The notes under the pieces were generated by a model, which saw only the letters and a program-made list of their open reading frames with translations, did not search any database and was not told the DNA's origin. Both the position numbers and the translations under genes were made by a program. This document shows, one piece after another, positions 40,468 to 53,018 of a stretch of 64,000 nucleotides of DNA. Position 1 is the first letter of the stretch. Each line of letters starts with the position of its first letter. Source of the stretch: Chrysomallon squamiferum (Eukaryota > Animalia > Mollusca); the NCBI GenBank assembly GCA_012295275.1, contig CM022672.1:27280001-27344000 (forward strand). Reading direction: 5' to 3'.

Positions 40468-41151
40468 CAGAATTATTACTTTAAGAGAAACATGAAAAAT
40501 CATTGGATCATTTATAATCTGTATAGGATAGCATCAATTTAAAAAACATTTTTATTTTCAAAGATAATGCGTGAATGCGTATACATGCGTTAAAAAAACT
40601 CATTACGAAGGAATAATATATAAATACCTTGATTTCGTAATTTTGTCCCATGTATTGCAGTTAAAAAAAAAAAAAAAAAAAAAAGGTCTCCTTTGAATAT
40701 ACATGTTAGAGAAAACAATCAGAGAATAGGACTAACGCTTCTCAAAATTTGTTTGATTTTTAGGTCAAAACCCTATATACCAAATGTCACCTGTGAACCG
40801 AATGCTTAGAGCAAATAGCAGTTACCGCCTGAAAATTGTTTAAACATTACAACGCGTATAGACAGCCTTTCGATAAACACTGAACAGTTTCCAGTTTCTG
40901 AACTTTATATAAAAATATCAACAATCCATTTTCTCCTATAATTATTAAGAATATATGATACAAATAGCTAGGATGTACCGATAATACTTCTGTTTTCGAT
41001 TTAACACTGATCAACGTCCACATATTAAATCGCACAAGATATCAGAAATATTTAAAAAGTCTCAGATAAATAAATATATATTTATATGTTATTTAAATGT
41101 TTTTGCCCTGAAATTCTTTAAATATATTCTGTTTCCTAATCAGACATTTTT

Positions 41152-43799
41152 CTACTGATATGAAGGTCTTCTTTTAGTTCGAACTCTCGCAACAAATTCA
41201 CTCGATCTTGAACCTTTTGTTGTCTGTGGGATTTCTGAGGGATGCCAGTCCCAGGTGGAACCCTTAGTGAATCTGTAGGAACTTGCTTTTAGTCGGCACT
41301 TACATAGACAGCATCTTGACCGGAAAACCTAAAATAAGATTCAACAATTTATATAATGTTAGCTGAAAAATGCCATTTGTCTAATATGAACGATATTTTA
41401 TTTTATTTTATTTTATTTAGTTTTTTTAATTTTAAATTTAGTAAAGAAAATGTAATTTGTAAATGATATTAATTATCAATCGAAAACATTCCATAAAACA
41501 ACAACGAATACCACGCCACGCTACAATTGATACCTTTATTATTGCCACTTCAGTTGTCACAGTTATCATCAAGTTACTATTACGCTAGTCATACTATTAC
41601 AACAGCAACAACGGTCTTTTAAAACAGTGGTTTTTATTTATGCCACCACAACTATTACTACCGTACCCCATTACTCATCATGTGTTCTTAGATGTATAAC
41701 TGCTATAACTGATGCAACAGAAAAAGAAGAAAAAAAAAAAAAAAGAAGAAGAAGATACCGAAGCAAGTGTGCTGAAGAATGTCCTCGGACTTGAGCACCA
41801 CCTTGCTGAACGCTGCGAGTTATCTTTCCCTTCTGGATATCTAAATGTAACTTCTTCATACGTGGGATCTGAATCAATAGGCGAGTTCTTTTCATCAGCT
41901 GCGGGAACTTCGTAACCTGCATCATCCACTGTACTGTCAGTCTCTACCGCCAGCTGACTCTTCTCTGTAGAAAACCCACCTCTTTTCGCGAAAAATCGTT
42001 TTTCTTTCCTAGCCTGCAGCGCCGCCTGGATGGCGTCCACTCCACCTTGTAGCAAGATGAGGTGACCGAAGTCAGGTTCGAACGAATCGTCGTTTAATAA
42101 ACTGATGTCATTTGTATCATCCAATAATAATTTGGAAACTGAAGTCATCTGAGATTTTTTAATTGAATTTATTCCTTCATTGCAAGTTGCATTTATCCAA
42201 AGAAGGTGGTTCTCGGTTTATATTAGACATATCGAAGAACTTACTAGATGGTGTAGTGAAACACTTTGGCTCTGTTTGTCTCTGGATGCGATCAGATCTT
42301 CTCGGTATGGGTGGCACGCCAGTTCGCGCTGGAAGACCTCGATTAGATGGAGCCGGTAACAGCGGCTTGTTTGGACTTTGTTTTGGTTGTGTGTTCAGAT
42401 CGTTCACTAGCGATGGTTTACTCAGAAAAGATTCCAACTTAGCATCTACAGTAAGTTTCTTTTGAAGTGAACTGCGATAATTGTTAACATCTATATTCTC
42501 AGTGATTTTGTTTTGAGTCACTTTGATAACTTCCGGACCACAAGATTTAACGTCTTCATAAACAGAGGATATTCGTTCGTTATTATCTTTACGAGAATTA
42601 TTTCGCCCAGTTTCTGTAAAAATAAATAAATAAATTAGTAAACTGCTATTTTTATCAGCATCTGGTAATAGCTGTAAAATGTACAGTGTAAATTTTTCTG
42701 TGATGGTAAAGTCATCTATAACGCCTTAGTTCGTGATGGCATTTGTTTTTTTCATTGTCCTTTTATACACTTAATTATTAATAGTTATTATTAAAATATG
42801 TATGCTACTGATATGTAACGATTGCTTTAAATTGTAGAGGTGTTTTTACAAGAAAATAACATTAATAAGAAACAGTTTTAAACAAATAAATAAAGAATTC
42901 ATAGACAGACAGACAAACATACAGATAGTCAGTCAGGCAAGCAGACAGATATATTAAGTAAAATTTCACACCACTATTAAGCCCATAGTACTTTTGTGTC
43001 CATTAACAGACGAACCTTTTCTTTCTTGCGAATTAAGAATCCCACTACTCAAATTTGATTTTTCTTTTTTCTCCTTCGGTGGCAACCTTGGAATTGTTTT
43101 GACGGGTAAATCTGGAATTTGTTCCGTTTTCAAATCAGGTAGTTTTTCAACAGATGACCGTACAGATTTTTTGGCAGGTAACTTTGGAACTGTGCGAGGT
43201 ACTGTTATGGATGATGTTGCTGGTGTTATTGCTGCGGTCGTTACAGAAACTTCTTTCGGTGTTGTCGGTAAAGCACGTCTAGCTGTAGATGTTGTTATTT
43301 TACCTGATGGTGCTGCTGCTGGTGGTTTTAATGCAGGTGTTGTTATTACCTTTGTGGATGTTTTTATTGTTGTTCTCTGAGCTGTTGCGTTTGGTATGGA
43401 GGTTGTTGTCGCTGTTCTTCGAGCTGTCGTCGTTGTCCTTGGAGCTGTTGTAGTTGTTATTCTGTTTCTTCTGGCAGGCTGGTGAACAATTGGGCTTGGA
43501 GGTAATCCCTTCACACGAGTTCGTTCTAATGAAATTGTTTTAACATTACAGCTGTGGTTGTTGTTGGACCCCAACCAAGTCGCCGGTGTTTCGCTTATAG
43601 TCCTGTTAACACGTCGTGGATGAGAGCTCAGCCAAGCAGAGAGGTCGGAGGGAGGTGGTTCAATGTCGTTGGCAGATTGTGACAATGTTGGTGATGATGA
43701 CGAGGAAGATGAGGATGAATCTTTATTTCTACATCTCCTAGGCGGAGCCACCGGTCTATTTTCAGAATGTGACGATCTGCCGAATGTCTTAACGGACAT
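41152..43799 (-). CDS. Unidentified intrinsically disordered Pro/Thr/Ser-rich protein (~569 aa) with PxxPx(K/R) and YExV/P motifs
   Basis: Proposed exons 43016-43799, 42245-42613, 41759-42138 and 41152-41328 (1710 nt, in frame). Acceptor at 43828-43829 and a non-coding upstream exon with donor GAG|gtgagt near 45468. Long ORFs of 279, 114 and 156 aa support coding, but exact donors are uncertain. Confidence 0.65.
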
Positions 43800-44760
43800 A
43801 ACCACTTAATTTATGGTCATTCCAGATCTTAGAAATAAATAAATAAATAAATTTCTTATTGATATTTTACATAAAATAGAAAAGTTTGGAAGAAGAAGAA
43901 GAAGAAAATATGTATTCATACATACATACATATATATATATATATATCCTTTAAAAAAAATTATTTTCATTATTAAATTATTAGTATTTTATTTTATTTT
44001 ATTTATTTATTTATTTTTTATTTATTTATTTATTTTTTTAAAGATTATAAAGATTAACTCGCCACTGCTAAGTTTCTGTGTTTAAACCTACATTACTGGA
44101 TGCAAGTTTTAACTTCATGACCGAAGAGCTAACTGCACGATACCTCTAAGCTTTAACAGTATGACAAGCATGCCACTCACAGCGGATTAACATTCTCAAT
44201 GGATTTTTGCCTGCTTGTTAAGGATGTGATTTCAAAAGCATTTAGTCCGTACATCCTGCTATTGCTGTCTTACTTCTCTTAACATGTACGTACAATTATT
44301 TATTATCCAGAGTTTCAAAATATGTTAATTTAATTAAATAATTAATATGGGAAAAAAAAAAGGAATTGAGTATTATTTGTATTTAAAGGGTATCATATTT
44401 TCAGAGATATAACAAAGCATGTCAGCACAAGTTTTAAAATACAATTAGAAAAATTATTTAAATTTTACAGACTAAGTGTTAAATAAATATGTGAATCTCC
44501 GAAAATGCTGTTTTGAAGAAAGGAAAGAAATTTTGAAATGTTACTTCTTACAAAAACAAGAAGTAACGTTTAAATACGAGAATCTACTAAATGTCTGTAA
44601 AGTTTCTCTCTGTTGTATTTCCTTCCCTGACAAAGAGATGGACTGTTGCTTAATAGAAAACCGATTTAAACTTTCCTTCTTTAGCCCTTTCTCTACCTCA
44701 CTGTATAAATGTATATATGCATGTACGTACGTATCATGCGTGCCCTATGTACGTATGTAC

Positions 44761-44964
44761 TTTAGGATTTTGAATATTCTCGGGCTTATGTATGTCTGAA
44801 TAGTCTCTGTACATACTCAATATTCGGGAACGCACTGGCGCAGGAGGACAAAGTCCACCATGACCTCACAAACCCCTTCAGATGCCGCTGACGAGACTCG
44901 AACGTATGGCATCCATTCGCCCGCACTCCGAAGGCGAACGATGTTACCGTTCAGCCATCAAGAC
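44761..44964 (-). mobile_element. tRNA-derived SINE-like element
   Basis: Minus strand GTCTTGATGGCTGAACGGTAAC...GTTCGAGTCTC contains Pol III A box TGGCTGAACGG and B box GTTCGAGTC (44895-44903). A ~120-nt non-tRNA body and TACA-type simple-repeat tail follow. CpG-rich island in an AT-rich intron. Confidence 0.75.
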
Positions 44965-45227
44965 AACCTTGCAGTTAGCTCTTCGATCATGAAGTTAAAA
45001 CGTACATCCAATAATGTATGTACGAATGCATGCCCTATGTATGTATGTATGTATATGTATGTATAATGTATGTATGTTTATAAATGCATTTTCATTATCA
45101 CATAGGTGATATGTATGTGTGTGCATTTTCTTACAGGTCATAAGAAGTTAATTATAAATATTTATAAACCTTTATTTTCATTATCACATAGGTGATGTAC
45201 ACATGCGCGCTCTCACACATCTACTCC

Positions 45228-45230
<3 letters not shown>

Positions 45231-45279
<49 letters not shown>
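45231..45279. repeat. (CA)n microsatellite
   Basis: Direct reading of the sequence. Confidence 0.95.
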
Positions 45280-45280
<1 letters not shown>

Positions 45281-45899
45281 TATAATAACAGTAGCAAAGT
45301 GTTTTGGCTCACACTCAAACTCATCATTTTTTAGTAGACACATTTAAAAAATAAACACAGGAATTTTACTAAACATTTATCCAAACGCATGCATAATATG
45401 TGACAATGTGCGAATGTCTGTTTTACGAATATCTTTTTATACCGTCAATACAAAAACTGAAACTCACCTCCAGTGCTTACAGAAGAAAACAGAAACGACA
45501 GTTATACATCCTGTCTACAAATGATTCTCAATTAACTATTGACATTCTGTTACAAGTTGCACCATTCATTTCACATGAGTTTTTAAAAAAAAAATGTTTT
45601 TTCGACTGAATTAACTAAATCCTGTAGGCGGATTATCTGAGACATGCTGAGAAGCAGTAGGAGTAATTAAAACGGTTATGTCCCGATACAGAGCAGTTGT
45701 CGTCAAAGAATACATTTCCGTGTATTTACATATGGCGTTATCTTAACATTAATATACGTGCGCACCCTTAAATGTAGTCTTAAATGTAGCCCATAATTGA
45801 TTTGATTGACATCTGTTTCCAAAATATGCCTTTTAATTAATTTATTTTTATCAACTCATGACCACCATCTTTATTACAAAAATAGAAGTTTTTGTATTA

Positions 45900-46510
45900 C
45901 TGTGTTAAAAATTAACTTTTAGAAAGCGTCCGTTTTTCGGGGATGATGGAAAGAATCAAATTTTATTTGATCTCCTTCAGTACAGACATCACATAATAAT
46001 GTCGTCTTTGTGTAGCTCTTTTCCCATATGCATATCAGTGATGGGTGTGCAATATTATAACAATTCAGTATTCATTAATATTATTTAAATTGGTAAGTTC
46101 AAAATGAATTATTTCTAAGTTAAAATCATCAAAGCTTACTACAATTATTATTATTAAATTATAAATAACACCGTTAAAATCGCTAAATATCAAATCATTG
46201 TCTAAGGAACAAAACGTATCAGAAGAGCTTTGATGATAATATTGCAAACTCATCACTGATATGCACATGGGAAAAGAGCTACTCGCGACATCATGAGAAA
46301 AATAGGAACAGAATTCAAGAATTATAATTATTTAAGAATTCAAGAATTGTAACATGAAAAGACATTAAAGACAACATTTGAATTAGAAGATTTGTTACAC
46401 AAAGACAACATTATTATGTGATGTCTGTCCTGAAGGAGATCAAATAAAATTTGATTCTTTCCCTCATCCCCGAAAAACGGACGCTTTCTAAAAGATAATT
46501 TTTAACACAG
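45900..46510. mobile_element. Non-autonomous foldback/MITE with ~159-bp terminal inverted repeats; right arm interrupted by a 113-bp insertion
   Basis: 45900-46058 is the reverse complement of 46236-46282 plus 46399-46510 with few mismatches. Ends are CTGTG...CACAG, with a TA on the left flank and GA on the right. Confidence 0.85.
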
Positions 46511-46569
46511 GAATTAAGATCAATATTTTGTGGCACTTTTTCCGAATCGCATATAAATATGAACTGGTA

Positions 46570-46582
46570 TTTTGGCGCGAAA
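46570..46582. promoter_or_regulatory. Canonical E2F site (TTTCGCGCCAAA on - strand)
   Basis: TTTTGGCGCGAAA at 46570-46582 matches the classic DHFR-type E2F element, in the intergenic region between two divergent genes. Confidence 0.4.
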
Positions 46583-47262
46583 TCTAAGATACGTCATGGT
46601 GTGAACCAAGCGTAATGATACATGGCGATTATTCTTTCTTGAATTAATTACAAGGGCAGATCTTTGGTGAAACTAACGACGCATACGTTTCATGGCCCCT
46701 AGACATTGTTAAAAGTAAATGTAGTCCACACTGCTTCAGAATTTGATATAACCAAATCTAAGCTGCTGTCATGAATGAATAATATAACAGAGGTTACACA
46801 GACCTCGTTGCTGCTTGCAAAAGGGTGCCATATTAGTTCAGGCTTCATGGCCTCCAAAAATATAAATTAATTGTATAATAATTGTCATAATTTAATGCTG
46901 AAATTTTCCAAAATAATAATTAAATGAAATGACAATTTTATTTTTTCTGGGAATTAACCTTTAATACTCTCTGTTGTTTTGAAATATAAAATATATATCA
47001 ATGTAATAATTTTAATGGATGGAGATAGTTTTTTGTTTTTTTTCTTTGCCTAGAAAAGTTCATATTAGAAAATCTTATTTATTGTTTTATTTATTGAAGA
47101 AGAAAAAGAAAGAAAAAAAAAAGAGAGAAAGATAGAATCCACAAAGTGAAAATAATGACGTATTTACGTTTGAATATTACTGTCAATAAATAATGATATG
47201 CTACTGTGCAACCAATGTCAAAACATATAGATTAAGGGACATAACTAGAGAAGCTGTCACTC

Positions 47263-47272
47263 GTCACGTGAC
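47263..47272. promoter_or_regulatory. CLEAR/E-box palindrome GTCACGTGAC ~150 bp upstream of the DENND1 ATG
   Basis: Exact match to the MiT/TFE-USF element. Function inferred. Confidence 0.4.
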
Positions 47273-47415
47273 CTTAATGGTGGACGAGGGAGTACTTAAC
47301 ATTTAGCGATGGGAACAATTTATGATGAATGAACAGTAACAGGCAACAAATATACAGATTGCACTTCATTCCGTTTTTCTGCAACCAGCGAGAACCTCAG
47401 AGAATTTGAGCTAGG

Positions 47416-49383
47416 ATGGGATCTCGACTCAGGTTAATAGTAGTTGTTTTAGACGTCTATCAGTGTCGATATGTCACAAATGTCGATAAACAGCTGATAA
47501 CGATAAAGTTTCATTTTTACTTCTGTTTACCATAATTGATTGAAATGAAAGACAATGTGAATATACGTTGTTGTTTTCTTTCTTTCTTTCTTTCATTTTT
47601 TCATTTTTATATTTCTAGAAATACAACATTAAATATCGATAAATTCAGCTGGTGAACACTAATAATAATATTCTTAAAATAACTTACTAGTTACTTTATA
47701 AAATAAAGTTGGAAATAGTTCAATAATTTTATTTCAGGTTGTACAGTGAAAATGTATTGTATAATAAACACAATGCAAACTGTTTAGATAACAAAGTGTA
47801 GATGAAGACTAGTAATGAGTATTACCAGCCAAAATGTTTTTAAACAAGCTGATATTTCCATAAGAAGTTTTGAGTTTTTAATGTTGTTAATAATAATTAA
47901 AAGTTATTTAAATATTTAATATTCAAGTCATTCCTAATCATTGCATTTATTTTGCTAAATCTATAATAGTGCTTGATGGTAAAAACTAAATTATGATGAT
48001 ATAAGTCTTAAAAATGTGAATTATGTAAGGTGACAAAAATAAGCCATATATAAATTAAAATGCATATGATTTCTTCATGATATATTGTTATAGATAGCTA
48101 GATATTACTACAGTTAGTAGTTACAACAAATTCACAGAGATCATTCTGTTGTACACTCTCAGTTAGTAACAAGGATAATTTAATTTAATGCTGGAATATT
48201 CTAAAAATGCATTAAATGTAATTTATTGAACTAAATTATACTGTCAATAGTTGTTTTTTCTCTTCATTTTTATTTTTTTTTTATTTTTTTTTTTACAATT
48301 TTAAAGTTACCAACTTTTAAGAAAGAAAAAAAAAGATTTTCAGAGTTGGTAAATATAAATACGTAAAAAAAACACCCCAAAACACCAATTATATAATATT
48401 TTTAATCGTTGTATAATAAATATTGATGTCTACATGCATTGAAAAATTTTCATGAAAAAAGAGTTATAAACCTTTTTATGAAGGCCACTGATTTTTTCTG
48501 ATGCAACAGAATCTGATAAAATGAGTAGTTTACTCTAAAAGATGTTCATCCAAAAACATACAATAAAATTCAAATATCAAATATTTTTGTTTACATACAT
48601 ATTATACACATATGTACAAAAAAATAAATAATTAAAAAAAAGCACTGAGTTTTACCAGAAATGGAAAAAGCAAATAAGTATACTCACTCATAAATAAAGA
48701 ATTTTAAAATTGATACAAGTAAATGTGACAGCTGGTGAATGAGAAATTTAACAGAATCTGATTTTGTTGAACATGGAGTAGAAAAGCCCATGTTTTAGTG
48801 ATTTTTACTCTGTTAAATGTCTTACTGAAATGGAGTTTATGCAGTACGGATCTCTTGAATTTATAAAATATTTGATGTGGCAGAATTGCTCTTAAAATCT
48901 GTAAATGTTAATTTAAAAAATAACATTTTAAGTTTGTTTATATGTAATACATGTTTGTTATTTTACCTGTACTGTGATTATATCAGGATGCAGCAAATAA
49001 TATGATACTACGTTTAACGACTGAATTCCAATAATAAGCAAATTTAGTTATATATAATTTTTAATGTTTTTACTGTGTTTAAACTGGCAGAAAAAATAAG
49101 TAAGCTACAGCAGTGTAGTAATGGGAAACATCTAGTATTATGTCATGTGTCACTCACTGAGGTTGTTTTTTATTTTAAATAGCAAACAAATTCATTAAAA
49201 CCTGATTGTTATTGTTCTGTGCCCTTTTCTAAAAGATGCTGTTTTATGTAATAATAACCACCTATTATTTAGAGATATATACTGAAATCAGAATTGTTTT
49301 TATACATACATATATTCATTCATACTTCCATTTTTCCACATTCATTACTAACATTTTTGCTTTTTCTTTCTTTTGTTCTCTCT

Positions 49384-49445
<62 letters not shown>

Positions 49446-52150
49446 TATATACTAATTCTTTAGGGTTAACAATGTCATTAGTCACTTCATTTATTAACAG
49501 GACACATCAGAATCATGTTATCTATTTTTATCACTGATGTCTAGATATACAAAGTTGATTACCTCAGCCTTTTAACACCAGTGTGTGATGTTAAGAACTA
49601 GCCACACAGTTTTAATGATGACTGTAATTACTATTCACGTCCACACTTCAGTCTGAAATCTTTATGTTGTCCATTATGTAATATGTCTAAATGTCAGTTA
49701 CAGACAGTTGTTACTGACAGTCCACCACAAAAATAATTGGAATATTTCTTGTGATATCATTATACTTTTGGACTTTACTAAATATGATAAAAAAATTTGT
49801 TTTTGAAATTGTAAAAGAATATATAATACTACTACTACTAATAATAAAACATTCAGGCTTTGTGATAAGCAGTATATAATTTACACATGGATTTCATGAT
49901 TCAAGTCCCATTGTTAAACTGTTGTTTACATTCTAAAATCTAAAGTATATCTAAAAACATATACTTATGTGAATTTTACAAAAAATAATGTGAAACATAA
50001 AATAAAGATGGGAATGAAATTAGTAATTAATATTTATATTATTATGTTAGTCTTAATATTTCACTATAATACAGTTTATTTAAAATGACAATGCATTCTG
50101 TATTTTAGTGCAGCTTAACAAAAATCATTAAACAGATTCAGTAAAAATTAAAATATGCTTATTAATATTGATATTATTAATTTTTTATTATATGAGTTTA
50201 TGTGGATTTTACAACACAGCTGTTTGTTGTTAAAAAAATTATTGATTTTTATTAGTTGGTATATATTTTGAAATGTTTATTTTATTTTATTTTATTTTTT
50301 TTTTGGTTTTTTTTCAGAGAAAATCCTGATAAACTGTTTGAAGTATTTGTTGAAGTAGCAAAACCAGATGGTGATCAAGGTAATTTTTATTTAATATCAG
50401 AATATAGCTTTTTAGAGATTCTTAATTGTTGTTTTTTATGCTACCATAAACAGGTTTTGTTACTTTTATATAACTGGAAAAAAAACAAAAATTAAAAGAA
50501 TATGCTTAAAAAAAGAATTTTGAAAGAGCTCCATGTATTTTAAAGAAAAAAACTTTGGAAGTTAAAAAATTTGTTCTTTCTTTTGGTTGGTGTTAAAATA
50601 CTATATTATAATATATTTTTTCATACAATCGAATTGATGTGCAATTTTTTGTTTTGTTTTGAAAACATCTTTCATATACTTTATATTTTTTACATAACAT
50701 TATATTTTCAGAACCTTTCATTGTGGAAACTTTTCCACCTGAATATGATAACGAGGTAAATGTTTTAACTGTATTTTTTTTATGACAAATTACAGTACAT
50801 TTTGATTGCATTGATATGATTCTATTACAAAAAATGTTAATCCAGTTTTTTTAAGTTACCAGAAAAATTTATTAAAACATTTATTACATTCTTCAATAAC
50901 AAGGAATTTTGTTTTTAATGCATCATTAGCCGCCTGTGAAGAAGACATTTGTGGTTAAAAATTCAGAATTTTTGTGTCTATCACTCACTTTTTAAATTAT
51001 TATTATTGCATTTATTATTATTTTAGGAGATTTTGAAGACCATCCCTAAATTTGTTTATCCTTGTCAGACTGAGTGGTAAGTACATGTATATATTTCATG
51101 AACATTTCTGTCTATGAGATAATGCTGGTAAAAAAAAAAAAAAAAAAAAGGTACCTTATGTTGGAAATAAATTCAGATTTCTGTTATAATTTTTATGTAA
51201 AAATGCCAAATGTTTAAATCAAAAATCAATTTTAAAAATTTATCTTTGTATTTCAAGTTTTTTTGTTGTTTTTTTAGATGAAATTTGTTTCGGTATTTTT
51301 GTTTTTACAGCAACAATGTTGATCACTTCACTTTTATCATGACTGATGTTGAGAGCAAGTTTTCATATGGATTCTGTCGACATGCTTCAGGCACGCAGAC
51401 ATGTTTATGTATTATCAGGTATTTAACAAATATTTTTCTATCACTTATGAAATCAAATATCTGTATTTTATATTTCCAGGAATTAGATTAAATTGTCTTA
51501 TTGTTGTATAATTTTTGAAAATTAGTAAGTTTATTGTTACAACATTTTGTTAAAAAAAATGATAAAATAAAAATATATTTTATAGAAGTAAATATTGGAG
51601 ATTGATTTTTTTGACTAAATATTTTTATCTTCTTTAGCATGATTGTTATATAAAATGCTACCAAACAGAGAAGGGAAATAATTTTAAAAGTAAAGCTTCG
51701 TTGAATTTTTTAGATTAAAAATAAAAAACAAAATAAATTAAAAGAAAAAGAAAAGCTTGGTTTTTTTTTTTTTAAAAATATTTAAAAAAAAATATTTTTG
51801 TTTAAAATTCTTTCTGTTATAATCTTTATTTTTGAAATGTTATATGTTTTATAATGACTGACAGACATCTTGTTTCATAAGCATCACTTTTCTTTCAGTT
51901 TTCTTCCATGGTTTGAAGTGTTTTACAAACTTCTCAACATGCTGGCTGAAGTGATAAACAGGAGTGAAAACAACAGTGTCATTCCACTGTTGAAAGCCGT
52001 GTACCACACAGACATTCCCATGCCCAATGTACCAGTCACAGTAGTAGCTCAGCAAGATGTGAGACTCTTTAGCTTTTTTTATGTTTCATATCATTTTGAT
52101 TATTTGTATTATTTCATTTTCATTATTGTAATATATATATATAATATATA

Positions 52151-52182
<32 letters not shown>

Positions 52183-52955
52183 TTATTAATTTTGTTTATT
52201 TTTCAAAAGAAATTATAAATAGATACTTTGTGTTTATTTTATATTTTCTTTTGTGATACTGGTACGAGACCATTTATCCAGTAAGCTTGAGACTGTAGGT
52301 GACCCTGATTTCAGTGTCTTCCAGTTTACTTACTGAGGATTAATATATAATATAAAACGACAAATAAATAATGATAAGTAAAGAATTTGAAACTGTATTC
52401 AACAGATAAAATTAATTTACTTCTAAATCTGGTTTTCTGGTATTTTCAGTTTCTGGAAGCCAAATAAATGGGAACTGGTACCTGTATTTTGATTTGAAGT
52501 TTTTGTAATTTGTTTATGTTTTATCCTGAGTACCATTAAGTTCTGTTTTCAAAGTGGTTACAGATATCATTCTTTTTTAATTGGATTATTTTATTACATT
52601 AAAATTTCTTTTCAGATGTTCAGCTTCACAGCATCAGATCCAAAACAGCTACCCAGTATTCCCAGCAGTGTAAGTTTTATACTTTTTTATTATAATGCTT
52701 TAATACTACCAAAACACATTTTAATACTAAAGAATATTAGATACATAAAATTGTACCACAAGAGACAAACTGCTACAGCCACACAGAGTGCTATTATTAT
52801 TAATTAGCTGCAGACTGCACTTCCCATAGACAGAAAATATACTGTGTGGCCATTGATAAATATGCCCAATATGCATTAGGCATATTGAGGAAGATTGATT
52901 CAGTAACTTGTTATAATTTAGGTGAATGAATTGCCAGCTATATAGCTTGTTGTTA

Positions 52956-53018
<63 letters not shown>

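Noticed and set aside
42177-42217. Programmed +1 ribosomal frameshift between overlapping ORFs
   Set aside because: No known shift site (e.g. UCC-UGA, CUU-AGG). A GT-AG intron or a 1-nt indel explains it more simply.
44885-44964. Functional tRNA gene (including tRNA-Sec)
   Set aside because: Acceptor and T stems pair poorly, there is no canonical 7-nt anticodon loop, and a SINE-like body and tail follow.
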